Shown here: positions 26,447 to 36,624 of the stretch, piece by piece
How positions within the stretch are numbered: position 1 is the first letter of the stretch
Layout: every line of letters begins with the position of its first letter
Assembly (NCBI GenBank): GCA_018302765.1
Contig: JAGVZG010000002.1
Coordinates: forward strand, 32,001 to 96,000
DNA: 64,000 bases
DNA from: Candidatus Woesearchaeota archaeon
Lineage (GTDB): Archaea > Nanobdellota > Nanobdellia > SCGC-AAA011-G17 > GW2011-AR18
Reading direction: 5' to 3'
The notes under the pieces: generated by a model
What the model was told of the DNA's origin: nothing
What the model saw: the letters and a program-made list of their open reading frames with translations, nothing else
Database searches by the model: none
Made by a program: the position numbers and the translations under genes

Positions 26447-28444
26447 ATGTTAATATTTACAAAAGAGGATTTATCATTAGACAAAGCCAAGGAAAAGGAG
26501 TGGATTATAACAAATGGCTTAGGAAGTTATTCCTCATCTACAGTTATTGGATTAAATACTAGAAAGTACCATGGATTGCTTGTTGCTGCATTAAAAAAAC
26601 CATTAAATAGAAATCTGTTATTAAGCAAATTTGAGGAAGAGGTTATAATAGAAAACAGGTCTTACAAGTTAGGAATAAATAAATATCCTGAAGTTTATTA
26701 CCCACAAGGCAATGATTATTTAGAGGGTTTTGTATTTGGTATTTATCCTACTTTTAATTATAAAGTTGAAAATATAGACATAATAAAATCAATCTGCATG
26801 ATTGCAAATAACAATGCAGTTGTTGTTTCTTATAAAATAATCTCAGAAAAACCATTTAGATTAAAAGTTATGCCATTAATTAATTGCAGGGAATTTCATA
26901 GTATTACTAAAGAACCAGGCTGGGTATTTAATCAATCAGCAGGGCAAAGAACAACAGTTATCAGGCCAAGCTATGAAGGATCTCCAGCAATAATTATGGG
27001 CTGTGATAAAGGCGTATACAAACAAAAAGGCTTGTGGTTTTACAATATGGAGTATGAACAAGAAGTACTAAGGGGCTATGATTACACAGAAAATCATTTT
27101 TGTCCTGGAGAATTTATTGTTGATATAAAAAAAGGAAATAGCATTGTAAATTTTTTAGTTGTTGGGGACAATGCTGATGAAGCTTACATATCATTTGACA
27201 ATTTATATTCTTCAGATGAGAAAGAATACAAAAAATTCTTTGAATATGAAATCAATAGGATAAAATCACTGGTAAAAACATGCTATTCTTTTAATAGTAT
27301 AAAACAAGATGTTTTACTGCCTTACTTATTGCAGGCTTCAGATCAGTTTATAGTAAAAAATCCAACAACAGACAGCAAATCAGTAATTGCTGGTTATCAT
27401 TGGTTTGATGATTATGGAAGAGACGCTCTTATTTCACTTCCAGGAATTTGTTTAACTACTGGAAGAATCAATGAAGCCAAGGAACTGCTACTGCATTATG
27501 CAAGGCAATGTAAGAATGGATTAATACCTAACAGAACAAAAGATAGTGGAGATGTAGAATATTCTTCAGTTGATACATCACTTTGGTTTATTTATGCAAC
27601 TTACAAATTCTACAAATACACAAATAATTTAGATTTTATAAGATTAAATCTGTGGAGTAAAATAAAGGAAATAATAAATTACTATAAATTTAGTACAGGT
27701 TTTGGAATTGAAATGAAGCAAGATGGTTTAATTTCTACAAATTCTGATTTACCTTTGACTTGGATGGATACAAAGTACACACTAAGGAAAGGTAAGTGTG
27801 TTGAGATAAATGCTTTATGGTACAATGCATTAAAAATTTCAGAGCTATTTGCTAAAAGATTTAAAGAAGATTTTGAAGAATATTTAGTTATTAGCAACTT
27901 AGTAAAAAAATCATTTGGTGATAAATTCTGGAATCATGAAGAGAATTGTTTATATGACAGAATTGAAAATAATTTTAAGGATGCAAGTATAAGACCAAAC
28001 CAGGTATTTGCTATTTCATTACCATTTAGTATTTTAAATCTAAAAAAAGAATACTTTGTTGTTAAAAAAATTACAGAAGACCTGCTTACACCATATGGAT
28101 TAAGAAGCTTAAGCAATAAAGACAAAAATTATATTGGGGTTTATAAAGGAAATCAAGAAGAAAGAGACAAAGCTTATCATAATGGGACTTCATGGGGCTG
28201 GCTATTAGGCCCTTATATTACAGCTTATTTAAAAATTCATGACTATTCTAAAAAAGGAAAAGAAGAAGCAACTGAAAAAATAATAAAAAACATTGTGCAT
28301 AGTTTGAAAGACTATGGCATAGGAACCATTTCTGAAATATACGATGGAGATTTTCCTTATACTTCAAGAGGATGTATAAGCCAGGCTTGGAGCGTAGCTG
28401 AGATAACAAGGGCATATGTTGAAGATATATTAAAAAACCAGTAA
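26447..28444 (+). CDS. Glycogen debranching enzyme (amylo-alpha-1,6-glucosidase family)
   Basis: EWIITNGLGSYSSS, RKYHGLL, AGYHWFDDYGRD, TWMD, RPNQ, YHNGTSWGW, SQAWSVAE. Confidence 0.95.
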   Translation: MLIFTKEDLSLDKAKEKEWIITNGLGSYSSSTVIGLNTRKYHGLLVAALKKPLNRNLLLSKFEEEVIIENRSYKLGINKYPEVYYPQGNDYLEGFVFGIYPTFNYKVENIDIIKSICMIANNNAVVVSYKIISEKPFRLKVMPLINCREFHSITKEPGWVFNQSAGQRTTVIRPSYEGSPAIIMGCDKGVYKQKGLWFYNMEYEQEVLRGYDYTENHFCPGEFIVDIKKGNSIVNFLVVGDNADEAYISFDNLYSSDEKEYKKFFEYEINRIKSLVKTCYSFNSIKQDVLLPYLLQASDQFIVKNPTTDSKSVIAGYHWFDDYGRDALISLPGICLTTGRINEAKELLLHYARQCKNGLIPNRTKDSGDVEYSSVDTSLWFIYATYKFYKYTNNLDFIRLNLWSKIKEIINYYKFSTGFGIEMKQDGLISTNSDLPLTWMDTKYTLRKGKCVEINALWYNALKISELFAKRFKEDFEEYLVISNLVKKSFGDKFWNHEENCLYDRIENNFKDASIRPNQVFAISLPFSILNLKKEYFVVKKITEDLLTPYGLRSLSNKDKNYIGVYKGNQEERDKAYHNGTSWGWLLGPYITAYLKIHDYSKKGKEEATEKIIKNIVHSLKDYGIGTISEIYDGDFPYTSRGCISQAWSVAEITRAYVEDILKNQ

Positions 28445-28606
28445 ACATAAGCTGTAATGTTAGCTACACCAAATAATATGGCAAAGCTAAATATAAATAT
28501 AAGAATTAAAAAAAATATTTATTGTCTTTTAGATACGTCCAATAAAACCTAATGCTGCCCACGAACAAATGCGAAAATTTAAATTATGAATAAATAACAA
28601 ACAATT

Positions 28607-29098
28607 ATGTATGATCCAAAAAAAGCACACTATATTGTTGTAACAGGAATAATTATTAAACATGAAAAATTTTTAATTACAAAAAGAGCGCCAACTGAAA
28701 AAGCATTTCCAAACCAATGGACTGTTCCGGGCGGGAAATTAGAATTAGATGACTACGCAAAAAGACCAAAAGACACTTCTGCCCATTGGTATAATATTTT
28801 TGAAGACTTGTTAAAAAGAGAAGTTATGGAAGAAGTTGGTTTGACTATGAAAAATATTCGTTATTTAACAAGTCTTTCATACATTCGTTCTGATAATATA
28901 CCTACAATTATTGTTAGTCTTTTTGCTGACTACCATGAAGGAGAAGTTAAACTTTGTCCTGCCCTTACAGAATACGCTTGGGTAACTCTCAAAGAAGCAA
29001 AGAATTATGAATTAATTGAAGGCATATATGAAGAATTGGAAATGCTTGATAAAATCCTTAAAGGAAAAGAAGTTAGGGTTTGGCAAAAGAAAGAATAG
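28607..29098 (+). CDS. NUDIX hydrolase
   Basis: WTVPGGKLE...LKREVMEEVG Nudix box with an insertion. Confidence 0.9.
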   Translation: MYDPKKAHYIVVTGIIIKHEKFLITKRAPTEKAFPNQWTVPGGKLELDDYAKRPKDTSAHWYNIFEDLLKREVMEEVGLTMKNIRYLTSLSYIRSDNIPTIIVSLFADYHEGEVKLCPALTEYAWVTLKEAKNYELIEGIYEELEMLDKILKGKEVRVWQKKE

Positions 29099-29270
29099 GT
29101 GCATGTGTTTTTCACTCTAATTTAGTGCCATCGCTACTTGTTCACTTTGTTCGCACCGAAATTTTCTCATATGCAGTGTAGGAAAAGAAATTAACAAGAA
29201 TTATATGTACTGCTTACTTAACAGCTCAAGTAAACAAAAACATTATATATAATCAGAAATTAATAATTTC

Positions 29271-30110
29271 ATGAGCATTGGAAGCTTAGCTAAAAAAGCA
29301 GGTTTAGGCTTATTATTAATTTTTGGAGCGCCGGCTGTAGTTGCTGGAGGACTTAAGCTTGCAGAAATGTACTTAGCAAACTTAGACAAAAAAGACCAGG
29401 AAGCATTCAAAGCTGCAATGGCTTCTTATGACAACGCTGTAGAAGCATATAACAGAAGCGACTATAGGGCTGCAAGAACACATTTAGAAAACACAAGAAC
29501 TTTATTGAAAAGTCTTAGAATGGTTCAGGACAAAAAAACTATTGACAATTTTGTTAATATGTTGGATTGCATGGTAAATGCACAAGAGCAAATAGATAAA
29601 GAAAAATACAGAGAGGCATTAGACTGGATAATTAAAGCTAAAGAATATTTAAAAGGTATAGAATTTTCAGACCTAACTAAGTATGACAATTTATACCAAA
29701 AACTAAGAGAATTAGAAAGACTTGTAGGAGAAGGTATAAAAGAAAAGAAAGTAGAAGAAAATATGAAAAAAGTTTCTCCATTGTATAAAAAAGCACTTGC
29801 TGCATTTAAAAAAAACAGATTTAAGATAGCAATGGATTTTTCATATCAGGCATTAGTTATAATGAAAAAATCTAAAGTAGAAGATGATACTGGCTTAGTT
29901 AAAAAATTTGGTGATCTTGCTACGCTATGTAAATTAATACAGGAAAAAATAATACAAGGTAATTATGGAACTGCTATGAGGTGGGTTGAAGATGGAATAA
30001 GAATTGTAAATTCTGCAGGCTTTCCGGCAGATGACAAAGACATGATACTTGAAAAATTATTAGATTTCAGATCTACAATAGAATCTGCAGGAGCACGCGC
30101 AGAGCTTTAA
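29271..30110 (+). CDS. Membrane-anchored helical (TPR-like) protein with an internal duplication
   Basis: N-terminal TM helix; two similar ~125-aa modules (AYNRSDY...EKYREALDWI vs AFKKNRF...GNYGTAMRWV). Confidence 0.65.
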   Translation: MSIGSLAKKAGLGLLLIFGAPAVVAGGLKLAEMYLANLDKKDQEAFKAAMASYDNAVEAYNRSDYRAARTHLENTRTLLKSLRMVQDKKTIDNFVNMLDCMVNAQEQIDKEKYREALDWIIKAKEYLKGIEFSDLTKYDNLYQKLRELERLVGEGIKEKKVEENMKKVSPLYKKALAAFKKNRFKIAMDFSYQALVIMKKSKVEDDTGLVKKFGDLATLCKLIQEKIIQGNYGTAMRWVEDGIRIVNSAGFPADDKDMILEKLLDFRSTIESAGARAEL

Positions 30111-30130
30111 CAATATTTATATACATATTA

Positions 30131-30946
30131 GTGGATTTAAATATAAAAAAGATGGTTAATATACAACATAAGATAAATGAATTATTAACAAATAATAAAG
30201 CATTATTTCTAGCGCTAGACCAAGGTCTGGAACATGGCCCAAAAGATTTTAATCTTACAACAATAAATCCAGAATATGTCTTTAATTTAGCGAGAGATGA
30301 AAAATTTAATGCTATAATATTACAAAAAGGTTTAGCTATTAGATATCATGAAAACTACAGATATAAAATTCCATTAATCCTTAAATTAAATGGCAAAACA
30401 GGTTTAGGTCACAGAGAGCCTTATTCTCCACAGATATGCAGTGTGAAGAAAGCAGTGAAGCTAGGAGCTGATGCTGTTGGTTATACTATATATTTTGGTT
30501 CTCCTTACGAACCAGAAATGTTTAAGGAATTTTCAAAAATTGAAGAAGAAGCACATGACTATGGATTGCCTGTTGTTTTATGGGCATATCCGAGAGGCTC
30601 TGGAGTAGAAGAAAGTAGTACTGACACTTTAGCTTATGCTGCAAGAGCTTCATTGGAACTTGGTGCTGACTTTATAAAAATAAAATACAACGGAGATTCA
30701 GAAGGCTATAAGTGGATTGTAAAAAGTTCTGGAAATTCAAAATTGTTTGCTGCTGGAGGTGAGAAAAAAGATGTAAAGGACTTTCTTTCTGATGTTTACA
30801 ATGTTATGAAGGCTGGAGCATCTGGGGTTGCTATTGGAAGAAATGTATGGCAGTCTGAACATCCATTAAAGATATCTGATGCAGTAAAAGCAATTGTGTT
30901 TGGCAATAAAACTGTAGAACAAGCCTTGAAGCTAATTAAAAAATGA
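30131..30946 (+). CDS. Class I fructose-bisphosphate aldolase (DhnA/archaeal type)
   Basis: LALDQGLEHGP, GADAVGYTIY, WAYPRG, DFIKIKY Schiff-base Lys, IGRNVWQ; start may be ATG 30152. Confidence 0.92.
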   Translation: MDLNIKKMVNIQHKINELLTNNKALFLALDQGLEHGPKDFNLTTINPEYVFNLARDEKFNAIILQKGLAIRYHENYRYKIPLILKLNGKTGLGHREPYSPQICSVKKAVKLGADAVGYTIYFGSPYEPEMFKEFSKIEEEAHDYGLPVVLWAYPRGSGVEESSTDTLAYAARASLELGADFIKIKYNGDSEGYKWIVKSSGNSKLFAAGGEKKDVKDFLSDVYNVMKAGASGVAIGRNVWQSEHPLKISDAVKAIVFGNKTVEQALKLIKK

Positions 30947-31386
30947 AAACATTTATTGGTGCAGATCATGCTGGTTTTAAGTTAAAGGAAAAATTAAAAC
31001 CTTATTTAACTAAATTAAAATATCAAGTTATAGACTTTGGAAATAAGAAATATCAAGAAAATGATGACTACCCTATTTATGGAAATAGAGTAGCAAAAGC
31101 TGTGGCCAAAAATAAAAATTCTTTTGGAATTCTAATCTGCGGATCTGGCCAAGGTGTTTGCATTGTAGCAAATAAAGTTAAAGGAATAAGAGCAGCATTA
31201 GCTGAAGATACAAGAGATGCTTATTTAGCTAGAAGAGATGATAATTGTAATATAATATGTTTGCAGGGAAGATACACTAATTTAGACAAAGCAAAAATAA
31301 TTGTAAAAATGTTTTTGGAAACTAAATTCAAAGCACTGAAAAGATACAAAAGAAGAATCAATGAGATTAAAAAATTGGAAAAATAA
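30943..31386 (+). CDS. rpiB: Ribose-5-phosphate isomerase B
   Basis: IGADHAGF, DDYP, ILICGSGQG, ANKVKGIRAA. Confidence 0.96.
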   Translation: MKTFIGADHAGFKLKEKLKPYLTKLKYQVIDFGNKKYQENDDYPIYGNRVAKAVAKNKNSFGILICGSGQGVCIVANKVKGIRAALAEDTRDAYLARRDDNCNIICLQGRYTNLDKAKIIVKMFLETKFKALKRYKRRINEIKKLEK

Positions 31387-31441
31387 TTGTGTTATATAAA
31401 ATACGGTTGTTACATAAAAATAATAGTTGTAGGAAAAATAT

Positions 31442-32065
31442 ATGAAATACAAAATAATTCCAACATTGATATCAAAAAATCAAAATGAATTGGATGATTT
31501 AATTAATAAGTATGAAAAACATTTTAATTATTTTCAAGTTGATATTATGGATGGAAAATTTGTGAAAAATAAAAGTAACTGGTTTAAATTTAAACTGCCT
31601 CAAAATCTTAAATATGAAGCACATTTAATGATAAATAATCCTGAAGAATGGATCAAGGAAAATTATAATCAATTTGATGTCTTAATTGTAAATTTTGAGA
31701 AAGTAAAAAAACCATTAGAATTGATTAAATTTGTAAAAAGCAAAAATAAGAAATTTGGTTTTGCTCTGAATCCTGAAACTCCCATTATGCTTGTTTTACC
31801 TTACTTAAAATATTTGGATCACATTCTAATATTAACAGTACATCCTGGAATGTATGGGGCTAGATTTTTAATTAAAACTTTAAACAAAATAGAAAGCTTG
31901 AGAATGAATTATAAAGGTAATATAGAAGTTGATGGCCATATTAACCCTAAAACAATTAAATTATGCAAAAATAATGGAGCAAATTTATTTGCCATTGGTT
32001 CATTTTTAAAAAAAAGCAAAGATATGAAAAAATCAATTAAAGAAATAAATAATGCTTTAAGATAA
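31442..32065 (+). CDS. rpe: Ribulose-phosphate 3-epimerase
   Basis: QVDIMDGKFV, EAHLM, ALNPETP, LTVHPG, EVDG. Confidence 0.93.
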   Translation: MKYKIIPTLISKNQNELDDLINKYEKHFNYFQVDIMDGKFVKNKSNWFKFKLPQNLKYEAHLMINNPEEWIKENYNQFDVLIVNFEKVKKPLELIKFVKSKNKKFGFALNPETPIMLVLPYLKYLDHILILTVHPGMYGARFLIKTLNKIESLRMNYKGNIEVDGHINPKTIKLCKNNGANLFAIGSFLKKSKDMKKSIKEINNALR

Positions 32066-32101
32066 GTTTTAAATAAGTCTTATTATTATTTAAATTGAAA
32101 A

Positions 32102-33928
32102 ATGGTAATAATAAATCAATTAAAATACGTTGCAAATATTCTTAGAAGGGATGTTCTTAAAATGACTACCAAAGCAGGAAGTGGCCATCCAACTACTTGC
32201 TTATCTTGCGCTGAAATTATGTCAGTTTTATTTTTTAATGAGATGCAGTATGATATAAAGAATTCATTTAATCCAGACAATGATGAGTTTGTATTAAGCA
32301 AAGGCCATGCAGGCCCAATATTATACTCATGTTTATATAGAACAGACTGCATAAATAAAGATTTGATGAGTTTAAGAGAATTTGAAAGCCCATATGAAGG
32401 ACATCCATTGCCCAATTCATTAAAATGGGTAAAAGTTGCAACTGGCTCTTTAGGTCAAGGTTTATCTATAGGCGTTGGAATGGCTTTAGCATCAAAATTA
32501 CAAAAAAGAAAATTTAGAACTTATGTTTTATTAGGTGATAGCGAATGTTCAGAAGGCTCTGTTTATGAAGCTGCAGAATTGGCTTCGCATTGTAAATTAA
32601 GCAATTTATGTGCAATAATAGATGTAAATAGATTAGGACAAAGCGGAGAAACCATGCTAGGTCATAATTTAAATGCTTATAAAAAAAGATTTGAATCATT
32701 TGGATGGAATGCAATTATTGTTAATGGTCATGATATAAAGGAAATTATAAAAGCATTCTCAAAAGCAAAAAAAGAAACAAAAAAACCAACAGTAATAATA
32801 GCTAAGACACTAAAAGGAAAAGGGGTTTCTTTTGTAGAAAACAAAGAAAGATGGCATGGAAAAGCACTAAATCAAGAACAACTTGAGCAAGCATTAGATG
32901 AAATACCAGATCCAGAATTGCCTAAAATAAAAATAAAAAATCCAAAACAGATTAATGTTAGTTTTAAAAAAATAAATTCGCAAATAAAAACAAATTACAA
33001 ATTAAATGAGATGGTTGCTACAAGAGAGGCATATGGAATGGCTTTGGTTAAATTAGCTAAATCAGATGACTGGGTTATTGCAACAGATGGTGAAGTAAAA
33101 AATTCCACATTTGCAGAACTTTTAATTAAAGAAAAACCAAACAGATTTATTGAGGCTTATATAGCAGAGCAAAATATGATAGGCATGGCTCTAGGTTTAT
33201 CTGTAAAAGGATTTAACGTATTTGCTTCTTCATTTGCCTGCTTCCTTTCTAGAGCGCATGATCAATTGAGAATGTCTGCTTTATCAAATTGCAATTTAAC
33301 TTTCTGTGGCTCTCATGCAGGCATTTCTATAGGGGAAGATGGGCCATCACAAATGGGCTTGGAAGATATAGCAATGTTCAGATCTTTACCTAATAGCATT
33401 ATATTATATCCTTCTGATGCTGTTTCTGCAGAGAAATTAGTTGAATTGGCTTATAAAACTAAAGGATTAAAATACATCAGAACAACAAGACCAAAAACAC
33501 AAATAATATACAATGATAATGAAAAATTTGAAATTGGAAACTTTAAAGTTTTAAGATACTCAAATGAAGATAAATTAGTTATAGTTGGTGCTGGTATAAC
33601 CTTACATGAGTCATTAAAGGCTTACAAATTATTAAAAGAAGGAGGAGTAAGTGTTGCTGTTGTAGATTGTTACTGTATTAAACCTTTTGACAGTAAGAAA
33701 TTTTTAAGCTTAGTAAAAAAATCAGGAAATAAAGTTCTGGTTGTGGAAGACCACTATCAAGAAGGTGGAATTTCTGAGATGATAATGCATGAGCTATCTG
33801 AAATAAGTATTCCAGTAAAAAGTCTTGCTGTTAAAAAAATACCTCACTCTGGCAAACCAGATGTATTATTAAATAAATATGAAATAGATGCTGAAGCAAT
33901 TGTTAAAACCGTCAAGAATTTTATTTAA
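32102..33928 (+). CDS. tkt: Transketolase (single chain, ~600-aa type)
   Basis: AGSGHPT, LSKGHA, ATGSLGQG, GDSECSEG ThDP motif, IAEQNM, GEDGPSQM. Confidence 0.96.
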   Translation: MVIINQLKYVANILRRDVLKMTTKAGSGHPTTCLSCAEIMSVLFFNEMQYDIKNSFNPDNDEFVLSKGHAGPILYSCLYRTDCINKDLMSLREFESPYEGHPLPNSLKWVKVATGSLGQGLSIGVGMALASKLQKRKFRTYVLLGDSECSEGSVYEAAELASHCKLSNLCAIIDVNRLGQSGETMLGHNLNAYKKRFESFGWNAIIVNGHDIKEIIKAFSKAKKETKKPTVIIAKTLKGKGVSFVENKERWHGKALNQEQLEQALDEIPDPELPKIKIKNPKQINVSFKKINSQIKTNYKLNEMVATREAYGMALVKLAKSDDWVIATDGEVKNSTFAELLIKEKPNRFIEAYIAEQNMIGMALGLSVKGFNVFASSFACFLSRAHDQLRMSALSNCNLTFCGSHAGISIGEDGPSQMGLEDIAMFRSLPNSIILYPSDAVSAEKLVELAYKTKGLKYIRTTRPKTQIIYNDNEKFEIGNFKVLRYSNEDKLVIVGAGITLHESLKAYKLLKEGGVSVAVVDCYCIKPFDSKKFLSLVKKSGNKVLVVEDHYQEGGISEMIMHELSEISIPVKSLAVKKIPHSGKPDVLLNKYEIDAEAIVKTVKNFI

Positions 33929-34461
33929 TCTCTACTCATGACGTATCTTTCATAAAGTCTGTCTATTAAAGTTTCAACTCTTTTCCTAACTGGTTCAGGC
34001 AGGCCTCTTAACTTTGTAGTTATAAGTTTTGGTTTAAATTTCTCTTTTCCCTTAGCAAGAATTTCTTCATCAGGTTCTAAATTAAATCCTTGTGGAAGCC
34101 TACTTACTAAAAATTCTCTTTGCGTTTCATTTAGTTTAAGTGCTTCAATATATAAACATAGAAATGTTCTATGTGGCTCAATACTGTCTAAGGCGGATTC
34201 CAGACTACTTGATGTAATATTGCGATTTTCAAAATAGTGTATATATGTTGATTGAAAAGTATTTGCACGTATTCTTGGGTATCTAGAGTGAATATATTTA
34301 GCTACTTCTCTTTGTGAAATTCTATTTCTTAAATGTCTTAAAGTGTATAAATTACGAGCTATTCCCATTACGTATTGATATTTATCTTCATGACTCATAT
34401 AATACAAAGAGTAATTATTTTTATAAATCTTATGGTAGTAACAAAACAAGCCTTGTAACAT
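33925..34461 (-). CDS. Hypothetical protein with XRE-like HTH
   Basis: LRHLRNRISQREVAKYI...YIHYFEN; antisense between tkt and tal. Confidence 0.55.
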   Translation of the reverse strand: MLQGLFCYYHKIYKNNYSLYYMSHEDKYQYVMGIARNLYTLRHLRNRISQREVAKYIHSRYPRIRANTFQSTYIHYFENRNITSSSLESALDSIEPHRTFLCLYIEALKLNETQREFLVSRLPQGFNLEPDEEILAKGKEKFKPKLITTKLRGLPEPVRKRVETLIDRLYERYVMSRD

Positions 34462-34544
34462 TCTTGCCTAAAAATTATAGTTATGCAGAAGATTTAACAA
34501 AGTTTATATATTTCTCAATGTTTATCAATTAAAAAGAGGTAAAA

Positions 34545-35207
34545 ATGAAAATATTCTTAGACACAGCTAACATAGACGAAATAAGAAAAGCCTTCTCTTT
34601 GGGAGTATTAGACGGAGTAACAACAAATCCAAGTTTGGCTGCAAAAGAAAATAAAAATTTTGATCAATTAGTCAAAGAAATTCTAGAAGTGTTTAAAGGA
34701 ACAGATGGTATAGTAAACCTTGAAGTGGTTAGCGAAAAAGCAGATGATATGACAAGGGAAGGACTAAAATTAGCAAATATATCTAAAAATGTTGTTGTTA
34801 AAATTCCATGCATAGAAGAAGGGCTAAAGGCATGCAAGATACTATCAAAGGCAAAAGTAAGAGTCAATGTTACTCTATGTTTTTCAGCATCACAAGCACT
34901 ATTAGCAGCTAAAAATGGTGCATATTTTATTAGTCCATTTATAGGAAGATTAGATGATCAGAATGATAATGGAATGCGTGTGGTAGAAGAAATAAAAAAA
35001 ATTTACATGAATTATAGTTTTAAAACTCAGATTTTAGTAGCTAGTGTTAGAACTGCAAGACAGGTTGTGGAAGCAGCAGTGATTGGTGCTGATGTATGTA
35101 CCGTACCATATGGTGTCTTTGAAAAACTTTACAAACATCCATTAACAGACATAGGACAAAAAAAATTCCTTGAAGACTGGTATAGTTACAAGGCAAGATT
35201 TAGATAA
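34545..35207 (+). CDS. tal: Transaldolase (small Tal/Fsa type)
   Basis: FLDTA, GVTTNPS, VVVKIP; SPFIGR (Phe) and LEV (Glu) favour transaldolase over FSA; SD-like gaggt. Confidence 0.93.
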   Translation: MKIFLDTANIDEIRKAFSLGVLDGVTTNPSLAAKENKNFDQLVKEILEVFKGTDGIVNLEVVSEKADDMTREGLKLANISKNVVVKIPCIEEGLKACKILSKAKVRVNVTLCFSASQALLAAKNGAYFISPFIGRLDDQNDNGMRVVEEIKKIYMNYSFKTQILVASVRTARQVVEAAVIGADVCTVPYGVFEKLYKHPLTDIGQKKFLEDWYSYKARFR

Positions 35208-35208
35208 G

Positions 35209-36624
35209 ATGCAAAAACATGATGATTTTAATTTTGTAATATTTGGAGCAACTGGAGATCTTACAAAGAGAAAGCTTATTCCTGCATTATACAACTTGTA
35301 TAAAAATAAATCATTAGGTGAAAATTTTATTGTTACATGCATTGCAAGAAAGGATTTTGATAATGAAAATTATTTAGAAGAACTAAAAAAATTCTACAAG
35401 AAGAACTTTAAAAATCTGGATGAAAAAATATGGAATAATTTAGCATCTCATATTTATTATTTCAGAAGCGAATTTAATGATGAAAGCAGATTATATGTTT
35501 TAAGCAATTTTCTTTCGAACATGGAGAAAAAGCATGGTTTAAAGGAAAATAGGATTTATTATTTTGCAACTATGCCTGAAAATTACCAGAACTTAATTAA
35601 TTTCATTAGGCAATACAAACTGAATAATCAAAAAGAAGGATGGAAAAGAATTGTAATTGAAAAACCTTTTGGCTCTAGCTTGAATACAGCTAAAAATCTA
35701 AATAAGATATTAAAAAAAGCATTTGATGAAAAACAAATATTCAGGATTGATCATTACTTGGGCAAAGAAACAATAGAAAATATTTTAGTATTTAGGTTTA
35801 CAAATACAATATTTGAACCTGTATGGAACAGAAATTATATTGATCATATACAAATTACAGTAGCAGAAGATATTGACATACAAAATAGGGGCTCTTACTA
35901 TGACAAAGCAGGAGCTGTTAGAGACATGATGCAGAATCACTTATTACAAATATTAAATATGGTTACAATGGACTGCCCTGGGGTTTTTGATGCTGAAAAC
36001 ATGAGGAGAGAAAAAACAAGATTACTGGAAAAAATAAAAGTTGAAGACTTTGCTTTCGGACAATATGAAGGATACAGGACTGAAGAAAAAGTTAATCAAA
36101 ATTCGAATACTGAAACATTTGCAGCTTTAAAGTTATTTATTAACAATTCAAGATGGAAAGGTGTTCCTTTTTACATAAGAACTGGCAAAAAATTGAAGAA
36201 ACAAATGGCTCTAGTTTATATAAAATTTAGAGACTTAAGATGCATTGCAAATCAAAGATTAAATATGTCTTCAAACGAATTAATAATACAGATACAGCCA
36301 GAACATCACATATACATTCATTTTAATATAAAAAAACCAGGTTTGACTATGGAAGTTGGCAGAGTGAATATGGATTTTTGTTATGAATGCATCTATGGAA
36401 ATACAGCAGAATCATATGAAAAACTTATTGTTGATATGATGGAAGGAAATCTGACTCAGTTTACAAGCTGGGAAGAAACAAAAAATGCCTGGAAAATTGT
36501 TGATCCTGTAATAAAAAAACTTCAAGCTGTAAATAATTTAGAAGTTTATAAATCTGGAAGCTGGGGTCCTGCTACTGCTGAGATACTGATTAATAAATAT
36601 AAGAGATCTTGGTATTATTACTAA
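35209..36624 (+). CDS. zwf: Glucose-6-phosphate 1-dehydrogenase (bacterial type)
   Basis: FGATGDLTKRKL, IARK, FRIDHYLGKE, RDMMQNHL, RWKGVPF; start moved to ATG 35209 after the tal stop. Confidence 0.96.
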   Translation: MQKHDDFNFVIFGATGDLTKRKLIPALYNLYKNKSLGENFIVTCIARKDFDNENYLEELKKFYKKNFKNLDEKIWNNLASHIYYFRSEFNDESRLYVLSNFLSNMEKKHGLKENRIYYFATMPENYQNLINFIRQYKLNNQKEGWKRIVIEKPFGSSLNTAKNLNKILKKAFDEKQIFRIDHYLGKETIENILVFRFTNTIFEPVWNRNYIDHIQITVAEDIDIQNRGSYYDKAGAVRDMMQNHLLQILNMVTMDCPGVFDAENMRREKTRLLEKIKVEDFAFGQYEGYRTEEKVNQNSNTETFAALKLFINNSRWKGVPFYIRTGKKLKKQMALVYIKFRDLRCIANQRLNMSSNELIIQIQPEHHIYIHFNIKKPGLTMEVGRVNMDFCYECIYGNTAESYEKLIVDMMEGNLTQFTSWEETKNAWKIVDPVIKKLQAVNNLEVYKSGSWGPATAEILINKYKRSWYYY

